Below are positions 27,138 to 43,205 of a stretch of DNA of 64,000 nt, one piece after another; the first letter of the stretch is position 1, and each line of letters begins with the position of its first letter. Both the position numbers and the translations under genes were made by a program. This DNA comes from Adineta vaga. Taxonomy: Eukaryota > Animalia > Rotifera. Below the pieces are notes generated by a model. The model was not told the DNA's origin, did not search any database, and saw only the letters and a program-made list of their open reading frames with translations. Location of the stretch: assembly GCA_021613535.1 (NCBI GenBank), contig CP075494.1, positions 8,804,001 to 8,868,000 of the forward strand, written 5' to 3'.

Positions 27138-28814
27138 ATTGATGTCTTCGATAAATATATGTAATCGTAAGTTAAAACGTGTCGTGCTAAGAAAAAGAAA
27201 GAGAAGAAGTGAATCTCATTAGAATTGACTATCTTGGTATGAAAAGAAGATCGATTCATATATATTTGTCACGTCAAGTATAGAATCGATCGAACGAAAT
27301 ATAAAAGAAAAGAAAATCAATTGACAAATGTGTATTTGTATGTATGATTCTACGTAATTATAATGTCAGTTTCCTATAAATAATAATAGTAATGATGCTA
27401 TGCTTAGGTTTTTGTTTCAATGCTGATCATATTCATGTAAAAGAGATTATCAATGTTGTGTGAAAGAAAAGAAGGAAAGCCAAGTAAACGTTGCTTGCTC
27501 TTTCACGTACTTTTAAATGCGAGGATCAACGTTTTGATGAGAAATTTAGACAAGATATTATATAAGTTGATGAATATCAAGAGAAGGAAAGAGTTTTTCA
27601 GTGCTTTATTTTCAAATTGTAACAATAAAATTTCAGTTGAGTTAATCAACATTTTATATCTGTCAATTAGACTTTCCTTTTTTTAGTAAGAATTAGTTTA
27701 TTGTGTGTGTGTTGTATAGAAATCTCATAGGATTTACAGGAAAGATTTAATTGAAGTAAGTTGTATCCGAAGAAAAACAAAAAGACGTTTTTAATTGATC
27801 ATGACAGTTTTCGAACAAAAATTCGTTTATATAAAATTAATATTGAATCGATGGATTTTTGAGGGTGTGGGTTCATTTCGTATTTTTTCTTCAAAAAAAT
27901 ACTTAAGATCTGAATTCCAAACATCATTTTTACATTAGAAGTGAAAGAAAAATCGATCGTGTAGATCAGAAATTGTATCAATGGATATGAATCGCTACAA
28001 AAATATCCGATGTTCGCAACATTGTCGTTTCGTAGATTCAGGAAATCGATAATGAAAAATATGACATGTTAGCAGTAAATTGTTTAATGATTTAGAAAAC
28101 TATTCAGCGAAATCCAGCACGTCTTCATAAGAAGGAAATGAAATTAGTGCATTGTTATATCAGAAGTGATATTTATCTCTTTAGAATTGTTGGAATGAGT
28201 AAGATTGACATTTTGTAGTAAATAATACAAATCTATCTTTCATTTTTAACAGCATATATTCTGTATATGTTTATTAATTGATAGAGATCATTCTGAATCC
28301 TTACGAAACGAATAATTTCATGAATTGCCACTTTGAAATTGTGTCCTATTTTAGTTATACATGAGTACATATCGAACAAGAAAACATATATTATTTCTGT
28401 ACTAAGATTACTTTTCTAACTAAATGTTCCATGAAAAAAGCATGTTTGTCAATATTTTACTGATAAATTATGTGTCAATACATATATATATTACAAATAA
28501 ACGAGATAAAATAAACTTGTAAGAGATAGATGCTTTGACATTAACAAATAGACGTATACATACAAAATTGAAATTGATAATGAAGATTAATATACGACAA
28601 TGAAGCTGTACAGAAGATAAAAGAGAACAAAAGAATGGAAATACAAAGAGTATTATCAGAGAAAAAAAACAAATACGTAATGAGACTCGTATTGCTTCAC
28701 AGTAGTTAAGAATTTCACTGTCGAAGGCAGACTAAGACGAAATATAAAGAAAAAGAAAAAGGAAAAGAAAGAGATAAACAATGAAAACAACAACATTGAA
28801 CTACAATAACGAAT

Positions 28815-30334
28815 TTAACAGGCACAAGCTGCCTCTTCTTGCGTCGATGGTGCCGGGGGTGGTTGTCGTACAGGAAATATCGATTTATCTAAATAAAAAA
28901 TAGACAATTTAGTGATAAGTTAAAAGCACAATAGATCTCTTTTCAATTTTGTCTAGTCTTAACAATATTCATAATGAATGTGTCAAATTGTAGGTACAAA
29001 TATATCAGAATTGGATTTAGAAAAGTAGTTCAAAGTAGAATCGATTATTGAATTAGAGGAAATCTCAAAGTAGTTTTTTCGATCGTTATACTTTTTATAT
29101 CTGAACGGAGAATAAATATCCGGTTTGTGACGTATGAGATAAGTATCGCAGATAAAATATCTCAAATAATAAGCTCTCAGTATTTCGAATATTTTTTCTT
29201 TAATAAATCTAATCATTACTGTAGGATAAGTCATCAAAAACTACATCCGAAGATATACAAATTTACGAAATACTTCCAAAAGCTCATTTTACGGATGAAA
29301 TAGTATTTGTTTTTCTCTGATTCTCAACGTTCCCATTCAGACTAAGAATAGAATCAATAAAGATCATGATAACCTTGAAGTGATGGAATTTTTTACTCTA
29401 AATTTACCATAGAATGTTCTCGAGTAGAAATAGATATAAAACAAGCAGCAGTCAATCCTCCCCCCTCTGTCTCTCTTCTTTTATCTAATCGAAATCCATT
29501 AGTTGAAAATTTTCTGTCATTCGATTTCTTCATATAAAAAAAAACAAACGTCACTCATCTATTTTACTTACCAATCGTTTTTTCCATTCGTAACATGACT
29601 TTTTCTAATAGGATTTCGATGCTTTCTTTAACATTTTGTGCTGTAAATGCACTTGTTTCAATATATGGTAGAGAATATTTATCGGCTAATTCTTTGGCAC
29701 GTGTTTGAGATATGACACGTGCATCTTCACGATCAGCTTTATTGCCAACAAGTATCACATCAGGATCTTCACAATACGCATGACATTGTAATTGAGCAAG
29801 CCAATTACGTACATTAAGAAATGATTGTTCAGATGTTAAATCAAACATTAATATAAAGCCCATGGCATCACGAAAAAATGCTGTTGTTAAACTTCGAAAC
29901 CTAAAAAAAATATAAAATTTATAGAAAAGAAAGAAGTAAAAGTTGAATTTTATTTTTACCGTTCTTGTCCAGCCTAGAAAAGGTAAAATATTTATGTAAG
30001 ATGTGATTAATAGTGTTAAGAAGAATAATATTTACTGTATCCCATAATTGGAGATGAATTCGATAGGGTTTTGCATTGGGTGGAGTTTTGGGTCGATAAA
30101 CGACACGTTTTTCACGAAAATCAATGCCAACAGTTGAAATAAACTTTGGATTAAATTGACTATCTGTATATTGATAAAGAAACGTTGTTTTTCCTAAATG
30201 AAAATATTCATTTGTTTTTCTTTTGTATGTCATAAGTAAAAATTTTTGTTCATACCAACGCCTGAATCTCCTAATGCAAGAAATTTGATTAAATAATCAT
30301 ATTCGATCGATGAAGTTATCATTGAGTCACCCAT
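28815..30334 (-). CDS. RAB27: Rab27 small GTPase
   Basis: [71 protein letters not shown] and a C-terminal CAC prenylation motif. Confidence 0.95.
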
Positions 30335-31233
30335 TACTGTTGTTGTCGTTGTTGTTGTTTTTTCTGTAACACCACCAGCACGTGACGACTGATGGAACGA
30401 CGTCGTGCTCTCACTGTCAGTATTTCTAGAAAAGAACGAAGAAGAAAAGGAGAAAAAACTCGAGAATTGGTTTTGCTTCTAATTTATCTCGTTTCACTGA
30501 GTTATACTGATTATGATGATAATGATTGTTCGTATTTTAGATTGACATCCAAAGAAACTAGTGAAGAAAGAAAAGTAACAAGAGCAAGCAAGAAAATTAT
30601 CTCTAACTATCACACAGTTGCTTTAGCCACTGACCGACTACAGTCTACACAAACGAAGATGATCGACTACAAGACGAGAAAGAGATGGCATCCTCAAGCT
30701 TCTTTTTTCTTTCTTTTTTTTTCTTCTTTTCCTTCTTTGTGTACTCGTTTTTCTCTCTCAGATTGTCATCGTGTGCAAACGCACAAAAAAAGTATTCCGA
30801 GAAGAGAGAAAGAATGGGTGGAAGAGAAAAAAATATAGATGCTAATATATAGCAAAGAGAAAAACGAAAGAAAAGGAAAAAATAGTGACATTGACTGAAT
30901 GTAAGAATGAGTGACTCTCAAGAGAAAAACGAACAAACGGGAGTTGCCTTCGTCAGCAACATGTCATCATTTGTCGCTAGCTATATGTAGTCTTATAACT
31001 TGATAGGAAAACATGAGAGGAAGGATGTTTGTAGGCGACGAGAGGGAATTGACAAAAAAAAAGAAAAAGAAAGTTAGTGAGTTATCATTATCATCTCTCT
31101 GTTCTAACTATGGAACAAAAACGAAAAAAAATAATATAGAACAAAACAAAAAGAGTTTTATAACAATAAAAAGAAACAATAACAACAACAAGAAGAAGCT
31201 GTTGTTTCCATGACAAGAAAAGTATTTACAAAG

Positions 31234-34166
31234 TTATGTATCCATGGGTTCACTTTCAAAAACAGGTACCATTGTATTACTTGTTGTAGATGTATTGGAA
31301 TTAGTACGACTTAAATCTAGAAGAAAAAAAAGCGAATCTTATTATTTTTATTAAAGGAATATTAATTGAAGAATTAATATCTTACTTTCAAATTTTGACA
31401 CGAGAAATCTCATGAGATCGGACATGGAAAAAATACCAATAATATGTTTATTTTCATTCACAATGATCAAGCGATGCACCTACATATATATTATATATTG
31501 ATCATGTTATAAAAAGAATTCTACTACAATTGAATGCGGCATTCAATTAGTGCAAAAAGAAATGAAAGAAAAATAGTAGGCGGTACACCTTGTATCTTTT
31601 TTATTTCTCGTATTCTCAAACGACTAACAATAATAATATTTCTTTACCTCTCGAGTAACGAATCTATCCATTAATTCAAATAATTGATCGGTCATTTTAC
31701 AAGTTACCAATTGATGAGTATTATGATCATGTACGAGATCGAGTATATCACATAATGGTATATCAAGATTAGCATAAGTACTTGTTGCTGCTAAATGCTA
31801 TTACAACAGCCATTGCTTATGTTCAATAGACAAAGACTTTCTTACCATGATATCAAATTTGGAATAAACATCACGTACTCGTTTTTCACTATCAACAACT
31901 GGTAATGCTGATATACGTAAAGTTTGAAATGTACGAAGAACTTCGATTAATTTTGTTTGTAAATCAATCTATTAAATAAGAAAATAATGTATGTTTTTGA
32001 TCTTCCTTTGATAGTTAAGTATTATCATAATTTTACTGTTGCTCTATTTTTCAATAGGAAAAACACCGCCTTCTTTTTTCTCATGCGATAAAAATGTTTG
32101 TTGATTCTAATTAGTACGCACAGATTCCGTTCAGATCTTTTCAATAAAAATCATGTCTTTTGTTTTGAAACTAAATATACTCTAATAAATATTGTTTTAG
32201 TTTGACTCGTGAACATATGTCTTTAGAAGATAAGAAAACAAGCAATCTATAATGTCACTAAGCGGATATTTTCTTGTTTCTTAATTGCTTGTGAGATACA
32301 CTCAAATGCTAATTGTTTTTTTTGTTCTTTTTCTTGAAAATGTTAAAGAAAGAAGTCTTATATTCGAGAAGATTCAATAAGAACTATTGAAGATAATAAC
32401 AAATTAAGTCAAGTTGATTGCATACTTTGATATTTAGAAATACTTTCAATTTTCGTGATAGTCAAACATACAAATTTTGCACTGTGTTTTATTATATAAT
32501 CGGATTCGAAATATTTTTCATATTTACACGACTTTTATCTGCATAGTTTATATTGAAATTATCAAATTCACGTCTTTTCTTTTTCATGAAAAGTCTGCCT
32601 AGAAATTCATTGAACCCTTTCACACGCGTTGGTATTTATCAACTGATATGGGAAAATGTCATGCGTTCATCTTATTTATAACATACCATGACTAAATTTT
32701 CATAAGTACCAATTTTAAGTTCTTCTAAAGTTTGATGAATGAAATGTGGTTGAGGTAAATCATAGATCTAATTAGAGATAAAAACTAAAGTAATAATCGT
32801 ACAAGAAAATCCTTTCACATACGTATAAATATAAGAATTTTAATATACGTTTATGAGTTATAAGAAATAGAAAATTATGTGACAATGGATCAATCACGGG
32901 TATACGATGAATATTATGTTCAAGTAATGTAAATATTGCTGTATATAAACTAGAATCAATTGATCTATTTCGAAACAATTGATCAACAGAAATCAACTTA
33001 CTTTGCTTCTGGTGGAAGTTGAACTATGTTTCGATTATCAGCAGTTTTTTGCTTGAGTAAATCTTGTTTCCATTCAAGTATCGATGAAGTTTCAAGAGCA
33101 TCGACACTATTCTAAATATACAATGAATACAATCAGATTTGAGACAAGCTTATCCTTTGTAATCAGAAGAATTATTACTTACATCTTTGATCTTCTCAAT
33201 AGAAAATAAATAAGATGAATTTTTATAATTCAAAAGCATCAGATGATACTATCTTTCATGATCTTTTCTCTTCGATACAACATTGACGTAAGTAGAACGA
33301 ACCCTTCTTTCGTTTTACACGAGTAAATACATTGATTTTCATACATCAAATGGTACGCGAAAAGATATATTTAGATATTCAACTGTAAAAAGACTATTCA
33401 GCTTCATCATAGTAGAAAATATTTTAAACTGAATTTCTTTGTTTTGGAGTAGTAGACGGATATGAACTCTACTGGCTTTTACGAGATGAGATTATTGAGT
33501 TTTGAAAGGCTGGTTTTAAGCTATTGCGTCGAAGTAAAGATACCGATGCATCGACTCTGCATTTTCGTTACTAATAGTGTCAATTGTTATTGGAATATTT
33601 CGTGAAAATGAATAGATTTTTCTTCAATTATAGATACACAATCGATCTGTTCACGTTCCTTATAGCGAAACTACGCTACATTAGAAAAACGGGTTATTTT
33701 CAAACGATTCTATTTAACAAATTCAACATATCTTTACCCATTTTGTATCATATGCAGTAATAAGCATATTAATAAAATCACTTATTGTAATTACACCAAT
33801 CGTTGAAGATGTTGGTGAATGCCATACAAGTGCTGTTCGAACACCATTGAATACAAGTGCAAAGAAAGCTTTACGAATCGATAAACGAGCATCAAGTAAT
33901 AATACTTTGCCGCTTTTAGGCATACAATCATAACAGGTATGTGTTGAAAAGAATGATTGATAGATTTCATCTGAATCTATACAAACGATTATTAAACATT
34001 CATTCTTACATAATCATTATTAGAAACTTACTTATTCGATGATAACTATCATGTCGAACACGTTTTGAACGAAATTCCTAGAAGAATAAGTTGAATATAT
34101 CAACAAAGATAACATTTGACTTACTATTAAAGCAGCTGGTTCAATAACAATACAATTGAGAGACAT
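31234..34166 (-). CDS. PRKAG: AMP-activated protein kinase gamma subunit (four CBS domains)
   Basis: HTCYDCMPKSGKV, KAFFALVFNGVR, ITISDF, IHRIPVIDP, THKRILKFL, YSKFD, VHRLIIV and SMSD. Confidence 0.93.
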
Positions 34167-35171
34167 CGAAATCGTTTTTTTTTCTTCTGTATATACTTAA
34201 AAACAAAAATATAAGAGAATATATACTATCACATCGTAAACTTTACTGGTCAATACGACAATAGAATGTTAACTATGCGATTGAGTTAGTCAGTATATAC
34301 ATATATATTTACGCAATCAATATTTTCTACGTCGAGTAATTGATATTTTTTCTTTGCAATCGCTCGTGATTATCTCTTGACATATTGATTTTTTTTACGA
34401 TGAAATCAATAACTCTGACATTATCCTTTTTTTTTAACAATCAAAACGACGATCTCTATTGCGCAAAAGAAAAATGCAACTAGGTTATCTCTTACAATTT
34501 TTCAACTATTCTTTCTTTATCAATTAATATTTGTATGCATATTCGACTTATTTTTAGCACATAGAAACAGTCATGTGCTTTTTTCAAGACGAAATAATAA
34601 TGATTGTTCTCTCCCGGTGCTTATTTTTAAGAGCAATAGAACGCTTTACTCTTTCGTCAGTAGATTATTTTCATCGTAATTATCAACGAAACTATTTATC
34701 CCATTCTTTTACTCAAATAAACTTTACGTGCAAATTTAATTACTCGAAAAAAATGTCGAGTTTTATTGAACTATTCGTTTTATATTTTCATTGATCATTC
34801 AAAATTTCACTGTAAAAATACATATTGATTCGATTTTGATCTTGAAAAACGAACAATGATCACGAAAATTAAAGAAAAGAATGTTAAAAGCATATTTATT
34901 GATTAAAAAAACGAAAAAATCAAAACAATTTTCACTTTATTTCACTGGAATACTATTCTAAGCAATTGCGAAGTTCATTCTATATCGCTCGAATTCTAAC
35001 GAATAGAAAAACTATCGTTTCCCTCTATGTTTCATTCATTTGCGCTACAAGCATTGTTATTAATTTAATGACATACTAACTTATGATTGGTTATTGTCGT
35101 TCTTTTTTTCTTTCATAGTGTATGTCACATATATATTGGCATGAGATTGATAAAGTGATTTGAGTGAGAAG

Positions 35172-36928
35172 ATGCAAATGCCACCTCCACCACCTTCGTC
35201 ATCGTCTGATGGTGGTTATCTAGGCATGCCAGCAATGTCATCTCGTTTGAAACTACTTGAAGAAAAGATTCTTCGTCAAATCGGTCCATTTGATCCTTCG
35301 ACAACAACAACAACAACAGCAGCAACAGGCCCAACAACACCAACAACTATCAATCGACCTACAAGAGGAATTAATAGTCCTCAAATTCGACAATTACCAA
35401 GTAAGGAAAAGAAACAAGACTTTCATGTATATTCTAAATGTCTTTTTTGGATGTTCAGCTAGTTTAAATAGTCCTTCGACTTCACGTGCAAGTTCAGCTC
35501 CACCTATACGTAAAGGTGTCTTTCATTTACCACTTTCTCCACTTCAAACAACTCCAAATAATACCAGGTATATACCGAATAAAATAAGATTGTTTACAAT
35601 AAAAAATTGAATCATTAATTCGTTTAGTGAATATACCCAAGCTAAATATCAAGAGGTGCTGAAAAATTCGGGTTTATTACATATTAATGGAGAAGTAAAT
35701 GAAATGATTGAAATGATTTTTGTAAAATTTTAATTTTTTTCTCTTATAGCAAAAACGTACTGGTCTTAAAGAACTTTTGAATATTTCCATTCTTGGTTAT
35801 GGTTCCTGTGGTCAAGTTTATAAAATGGAACACATATCAAGTAAAACAGAACTTGCTGTTAAAATTATGCATCGAACGGCTTCCGATGAAGAGAATAAAC
35901 GAATTATAATGGATTTAGATGTGATTATTAAAAGTTATAATTTTCCATATATTGTTAGATGTGTTGGATATTTTATTAATTCCGTATGTCAATGAATTTC
36001 GATGAAAGAAGAGCAGTATTTTTTTGATTTGATGCTTTTAGACGGATGTTTGGATTTGTATGGAATTAATGGCATCATGTTTTGATAAACTTCTAAAACT
36101 TATTCAACAACCAATGCCTGAATCTGTTCTAGGCAAATTAACATTTTCTGTAAGGAAAACATAATTCAAAAATACTCTATAATTTCATTTGTTTTGTTTT
36201 ATGTAGACAGTAACAGCTTTGAATTATTTAAAAGAAGCTCATGGAATTATTCATCGAGGTTCGTCGGAAATATCTGTTTCAATCGAATTTTATGTATAAG
36301 AATATCATATATTTAGATGTTAAACCATCGAATATTCTAATTGATGAATGCGGATCTATAAAACTTTGCGATTTTGGTATTAGTGGAGTATTGATTGAGT
36401 CAATGGCTAAGTCAAGAAATGCAGGCTGTGCAGCGTATATGTCACCAGAACGTATTGAACCATTAGATCCCACACGACCTGATTATGATATAAGAGCTGA
36501 TATTTGGAGTTTAGGAATTACCTTGGTAAGTTTCAATTTTTGAAATTCTTTCTCTTTGAAAAAGGAAACTATTCTAGATCGAACTTGCAACAAATGCTTA
36601 TCCATATTCCAATTGTCGATCTGATTTTGATGTTATGTCACGTATTGTTACTGAAAGTTCGCCACAATTACCTACTCATCTAACATTTTCCGATAATTTC
36701 CGATCATTTGTTGATATGTGGTTAGTAATGCAAATGATAAAGATCTTTTTATGTTTTAATCTTGTTTTTTGTTTTATTTTTAGTTTAATTAAAAATTATA
36801 AAGAAAGACCTAAATATGGTGAATTAATGCTTCATCCATTTTTTATCCAATCACGTGACGAATCATTTGATGTTGCCAGTTGGTATCGAGATGTGACAAG
36901 AACGGCGAATGAGAAACAACGCCGGTGA
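35172..36928 (+). CDS. MAP2K7: MAP kinase kinase 7 (JNK activator)
   Basis: GYGSCGQV, ENKRIIMDLDV, HRDVKPSN, CDFGISG, AGCAAYMSPERI and PDYDIRADIWSLG. N-terminal D-site-like RKGVFHLPL. Confidence 0.93.
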
Positions 36929-38120
36929 TCGAGGGTGTATGTGTATCTATTCTTTTCCTTCATTCGGTCATTTACGTATTTAACTTTGTTCTTTTCGAGT
37001 TCTATAAATTCTTTTTTCTTTTGTATTATCAGGCATATTTAGTTTGTCTAGTTAAGAATTATTCTTATTTTTTAGCGAGTATTCATTGTTACTCGTTTTT
37101 CCTTCTTCGTCTTCTTCTTCGTCTTTTTTCTTTGTCTAACATGTACATGATTGTGATTCGAAGGTGTTTTTATGAAAGAAAGACTGACAACAAATCTATA
37201 TAAAAATATTGTTCCTCGTTGTTTTTTCTTTCATAGAAACGGAATATCAATTTTGAAGTACTTCAAAAGACTCGGATATGAATACAATAAGATTCAAGTG
37301 AATTTGATTCATCTGCGGAACTAGTTCGAAAGCAAAGCTTTTGTATATCAAAACAATCAATGATGAAGAACTTTGATCTTTCATTAATAGTTATTTAGTC
37401 GTATCGTATCATACAAATCATTTTTTGATAGAATCATTAGATTTCCGTTACGGCATTACACTTGCTCTACTGATATAATTTATCGAAGAAAAGCTCATTC
37501 ATCTTTTGATTCTATTCCAATATTTGAAACTATTTTAAATTATTCTTCGATAATAGAATTTCTCGTTGTCATCGTTTCAGATAAAGAAGAAAAAAAAGAC
37601 ATTTTTCGTTCGAAGTAATAAGAAGCCGAAAAAAGGAAGCTAAATCGATTCATAAATAAATAATAAAATTAATATTCTTCTATTTAATTTCATTATCTTG
37701 AGAATAAATGACAAGCTGTTAATGTGTTCTGTCATCATGCTAGAAGAAAGTGTTTCTTCTGACAACAGGGATCAATAGCAACAGAATTACTTATGATGGC
37801 AGCCATTGTCGTTGGACATCTATGAAATCGGTTGACGACGTTAAATCATATTCGACAACAATGAGACGAGAAAAAAATGCGAGCAAGAGAAAAAAATTTT
37901 TTTCAAAACCTTTTTTAAGATTTCTTTTTGTTCCCTTCATTCATTTTACTTCACTGCTGTGAGTGTGTGTGTCCGTGCATCAAATAAATACATCCAACGA
38001 TCGAGACACACGCAGGTATTCGAAAGTTAAATACATAAATAAATTCGATAAGACGTTTAATTCTATAAAAGAAAAAAGAAGAATCTTTCTTTTCTTGTCT
38101 GATTGATATTTATACTGAGT

Positions 38121-40022
<1,902 letters not shown>

Positions 40023-40657
40023 AAATAAAGTAAAGACATTATTTGATGAAAAATAAAATTCGTTTGTTCCTTTCTTTTTCTTTAAAAAAAACATATATGC
40101 ATTCATTCTCTTGCATACATGTACTTATTCGAATTATTATGAAAGATTTCTTTTTCTATTTTCAATAAAAAAAAAGAAAGAAAAGAAAACTTTTATTATT
40201 ACTTAAATGCGTGAAGAAAAATGATTGCTTGGCTCCCAATCAAGGTCAATTTTAGTTTTAAATATTTCAAGTTTTTCTTATTAAATATAGGCAATTTTAA
40301 AATGATGGGCACTTAATGAGAAGGGATAAAATAAATATAGAATATGACGCGATGTTATTTTGTGTGAAGTTTAACGAGTACCATAGCAACGTTTACATGT
40401 TTTTCGAAGTGATCAATCGATTATGTTTTATTTGTGACCTGACTTTACAAAAATAACTATGATTGCATAGGAAATTATGAGCAAGTAGTCTTTTTACCTC
40501 TCTGATATAGTTTAGTAAATGTATGTTCTACAGATTGTAGAGTGATTTTATTGATTCTAATTAAAACTAACAATATAAATACAAAGCACAGCCTATCTTT
40601 TTATTGCAATATATAGATACTGTTTTTTAGCATACAAAACGAATTTCTATGTTGAAA

Positions 40658-41482
40658 TTAATAGATAAATAATTTTGTCTCTTGATTCTTCATATATTCA
40701 TTAGGTGATGCTAAAAAGACAAGAAAAGAATATATACATAGATATTTATTATGACAATTGACATACCGTTTGTATTTTTTTTCTTGGTTGGATAGGATAG
40801 AATATTATCAATTGAATGTTTTATCAATGATGGTGATGAAGAAGAGGAGGAAGAAGAAGAAGAAGAATTCGTTTCCAAAGAAATTTCATCATCGGATGAT
40901 GAATTCATTGTTTGTTGCCAAAGAAATTCGTTATAATGTTGAAATACAGAAAGCAAATTTGATTGATGATTCCTTATAATGAAAAAAAAGTCATGTAATA
41001 ATACGTTCGAAAGATGTGAACAACTTACTGAACTACAGAAGTCTCTTCCGTATCAAGCAATTGTTTACCAAATATTTTCTATAGCAAAAAAAAACAAATT
41101 AGTATCGAACATGCGTTCGATCGAATTTTATTTCAAGTCTTACTTTCAATTCTCGAGTATTTTCTCTGCGAATTGATCCTGGTCGAATCGAACCAGTTTC
41201 ATAAAATCTTGTCAAAATCTTTGAAACACATCCATGTGAAACGAGCAATTGTCGTGAAATATCACACGGACGAATACCATTCAACGCTAACTCAACAACT
41301 TGTCGACGTACATGATCCGGCAATGGACGACCATTGACAAATAGTCCACCAAGTTGATTTACTCCTGCCTGTCCTATTGAAAAAACAACAACTATTGATT
41401 ACTCGAAATTAATTTGATAAAATAGATGCCTACCTACACCAGGAACATATAACTTATTTTTCATCTTTTTGAAGGATGACAT
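40658..41482 (-). CDS. Poxn: Pox-neuro-like Pax protein with PAI subdomain and octapeptide but no recognisable RED subdomain (five exons, ~195 aa)
   Basis: [20 protein letters not shown]...[34 protein letters not shown] carries the Poxn-type residues. HSIDNILS is an EH1/octapeptide motif. Exons 41482-41434, 41373-41144, 41078-41029, 40972-40767 and 40710-40658. Confidence 0.85.
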
Positions 41483-43205
41483 GAATTTGTATGATGATCT
41501 ATTCAAAAGAAAACGAAAAATTTCATTTCAATTTAAGAAGAGAGAGAGAGAGAGAAATAGATGATCAATGAAAGTTATAAAAGATACAGTCATTCTCAAA
41601 TGTAATTCTGTATGCTTTGAATGACTTCTTTGCTCGAATGAAAGTTTTTATTGATACTTTTATTTAAGATTTATTCTATGTTTCAAATGGTAACAGATGT
41701 CCAATCAGTTAAGATTCTTTTTTCTTATATCGCTTCATTGGATCAGCAGTCCTCGCTGCTTATATGTCGTCTCACACCGATGATCATTATTGTTGTTTCT
41801 TTCTTTCTTTTCTTCTACCGATAATGATTTGTCATTGATAGCTATGGCATAAAACGAACAACTACCGCCGAATATAATTGTTCACATTTGTTATCACAAT
41901 TGATCGATATTATATACGATTAGAATTGTCACTGTTCATAAGTCAATCGACTGATAGTGAGAGAAGTGTATGTATCAGAAATCAATTTGGTTTATTTCGT
42001 TGAACAACGTTTCTTATTTAAACAATTAAATAGAAGTTCATGATAGATACGATTAATTACCTTCTTGTATATTTGCTTGATTATCCAAAGAGAATAATCC
42101 TTTAGAAAAATCACAAGAATCGTTTTTGTTCATTACTTCAATCATAATGATACGTGTCATTAAACACCTTCATTGTCATAGCTGAATGTGTGAAAATCAG
42201 AGACACTTTGAATGAATTTTATTTTGTCATTCTATCTGATTCAACAAGATTTAACTCATTCCGTAAACACACTTATACATCTTGTTCAACTACCCGAGTT
42301 TTCTAAATATACAGGAATGTTCTTCGAAAAGTGAAACATTCATAGGATGTGGGTGTATCAGACTTATAATCTATTAATTGAAAAAGTTTTATAAACCATT
42401 TCTGTCATTTTGTATAAGACATCAAAAAGTATTAAATTTTTTTTTCTGGATTCTATTATCACTAGATGAATTAACAGTTAAGATGTCAATGGAATTTCAT
42501 TAACGTTTCATCATCTCAAATGATTAACATAATCCAGATCTTGTGTATTACGTACAATCGAAAGTCCTTTACTTTGTATATATATGGTCAACGATCTATT
42601 TGGTATTTATAAGAAGAAGATCGTTTTTTATACAGAAAAGAAATTAATTTAAGCATTAGAATATAGGTCGATAAAACGTGCTGTAGACGATTCTATTTTG
42701 AAGCTTTCTGACTTTTTTCGTTTTACATTTATATTATTTACTTTCGCTAAATTTGCCGCATTTTATTGATACTCTGTTGAAGGAGTTTATCAATAGAAAT
42801 GAGCAATAGAGTTATATAAGGGGACTTCTATAGAGTAGAAAAAAGTCAAACTAAGAGTTGATCTTTGGGCATGAGTCTGCTTCGTGAGAGAAAATAGAAT
42901 GATTGTTTTAGTTTTTGACAGTAAACATAAACATATATATTTCAATTTGGAAAATACGTAGAATAAATTTTGATTAATCTAACTTGTACTATTCAACCGT
43001 GAATAATGAAATAGCAAACTCTGCTTATTGTTTTCTGTCTTTTTGAACTTTTTATTGAATACCCTAAATAACTTTCATTAAACTATATAAAAGCATACAT
43101 TTCTCCAGAATTTTCTCAATTAATCAATCTATCGAAGAATATTTATACATCTTCATAATCATTGTTTTCTTTTTTTTATAGATAAGAATCATCACAACTA
43201 ACAAC

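Noticed and set aside
28983-29237. 84-aa ORF in the last Rab27 intron
   Set aside because: AT-rich random composition, with no domain, splice support or TE hallmarks.
30335-30838. In-frame upstream extension of Rab27 and a plus-strand 148-aa ORF
   Set aside because: No upstream ATG-bearing exon could be linked to the extension. The plus-strand ORF is low-complexity antisense sequence over the 5' UTR and promoter.
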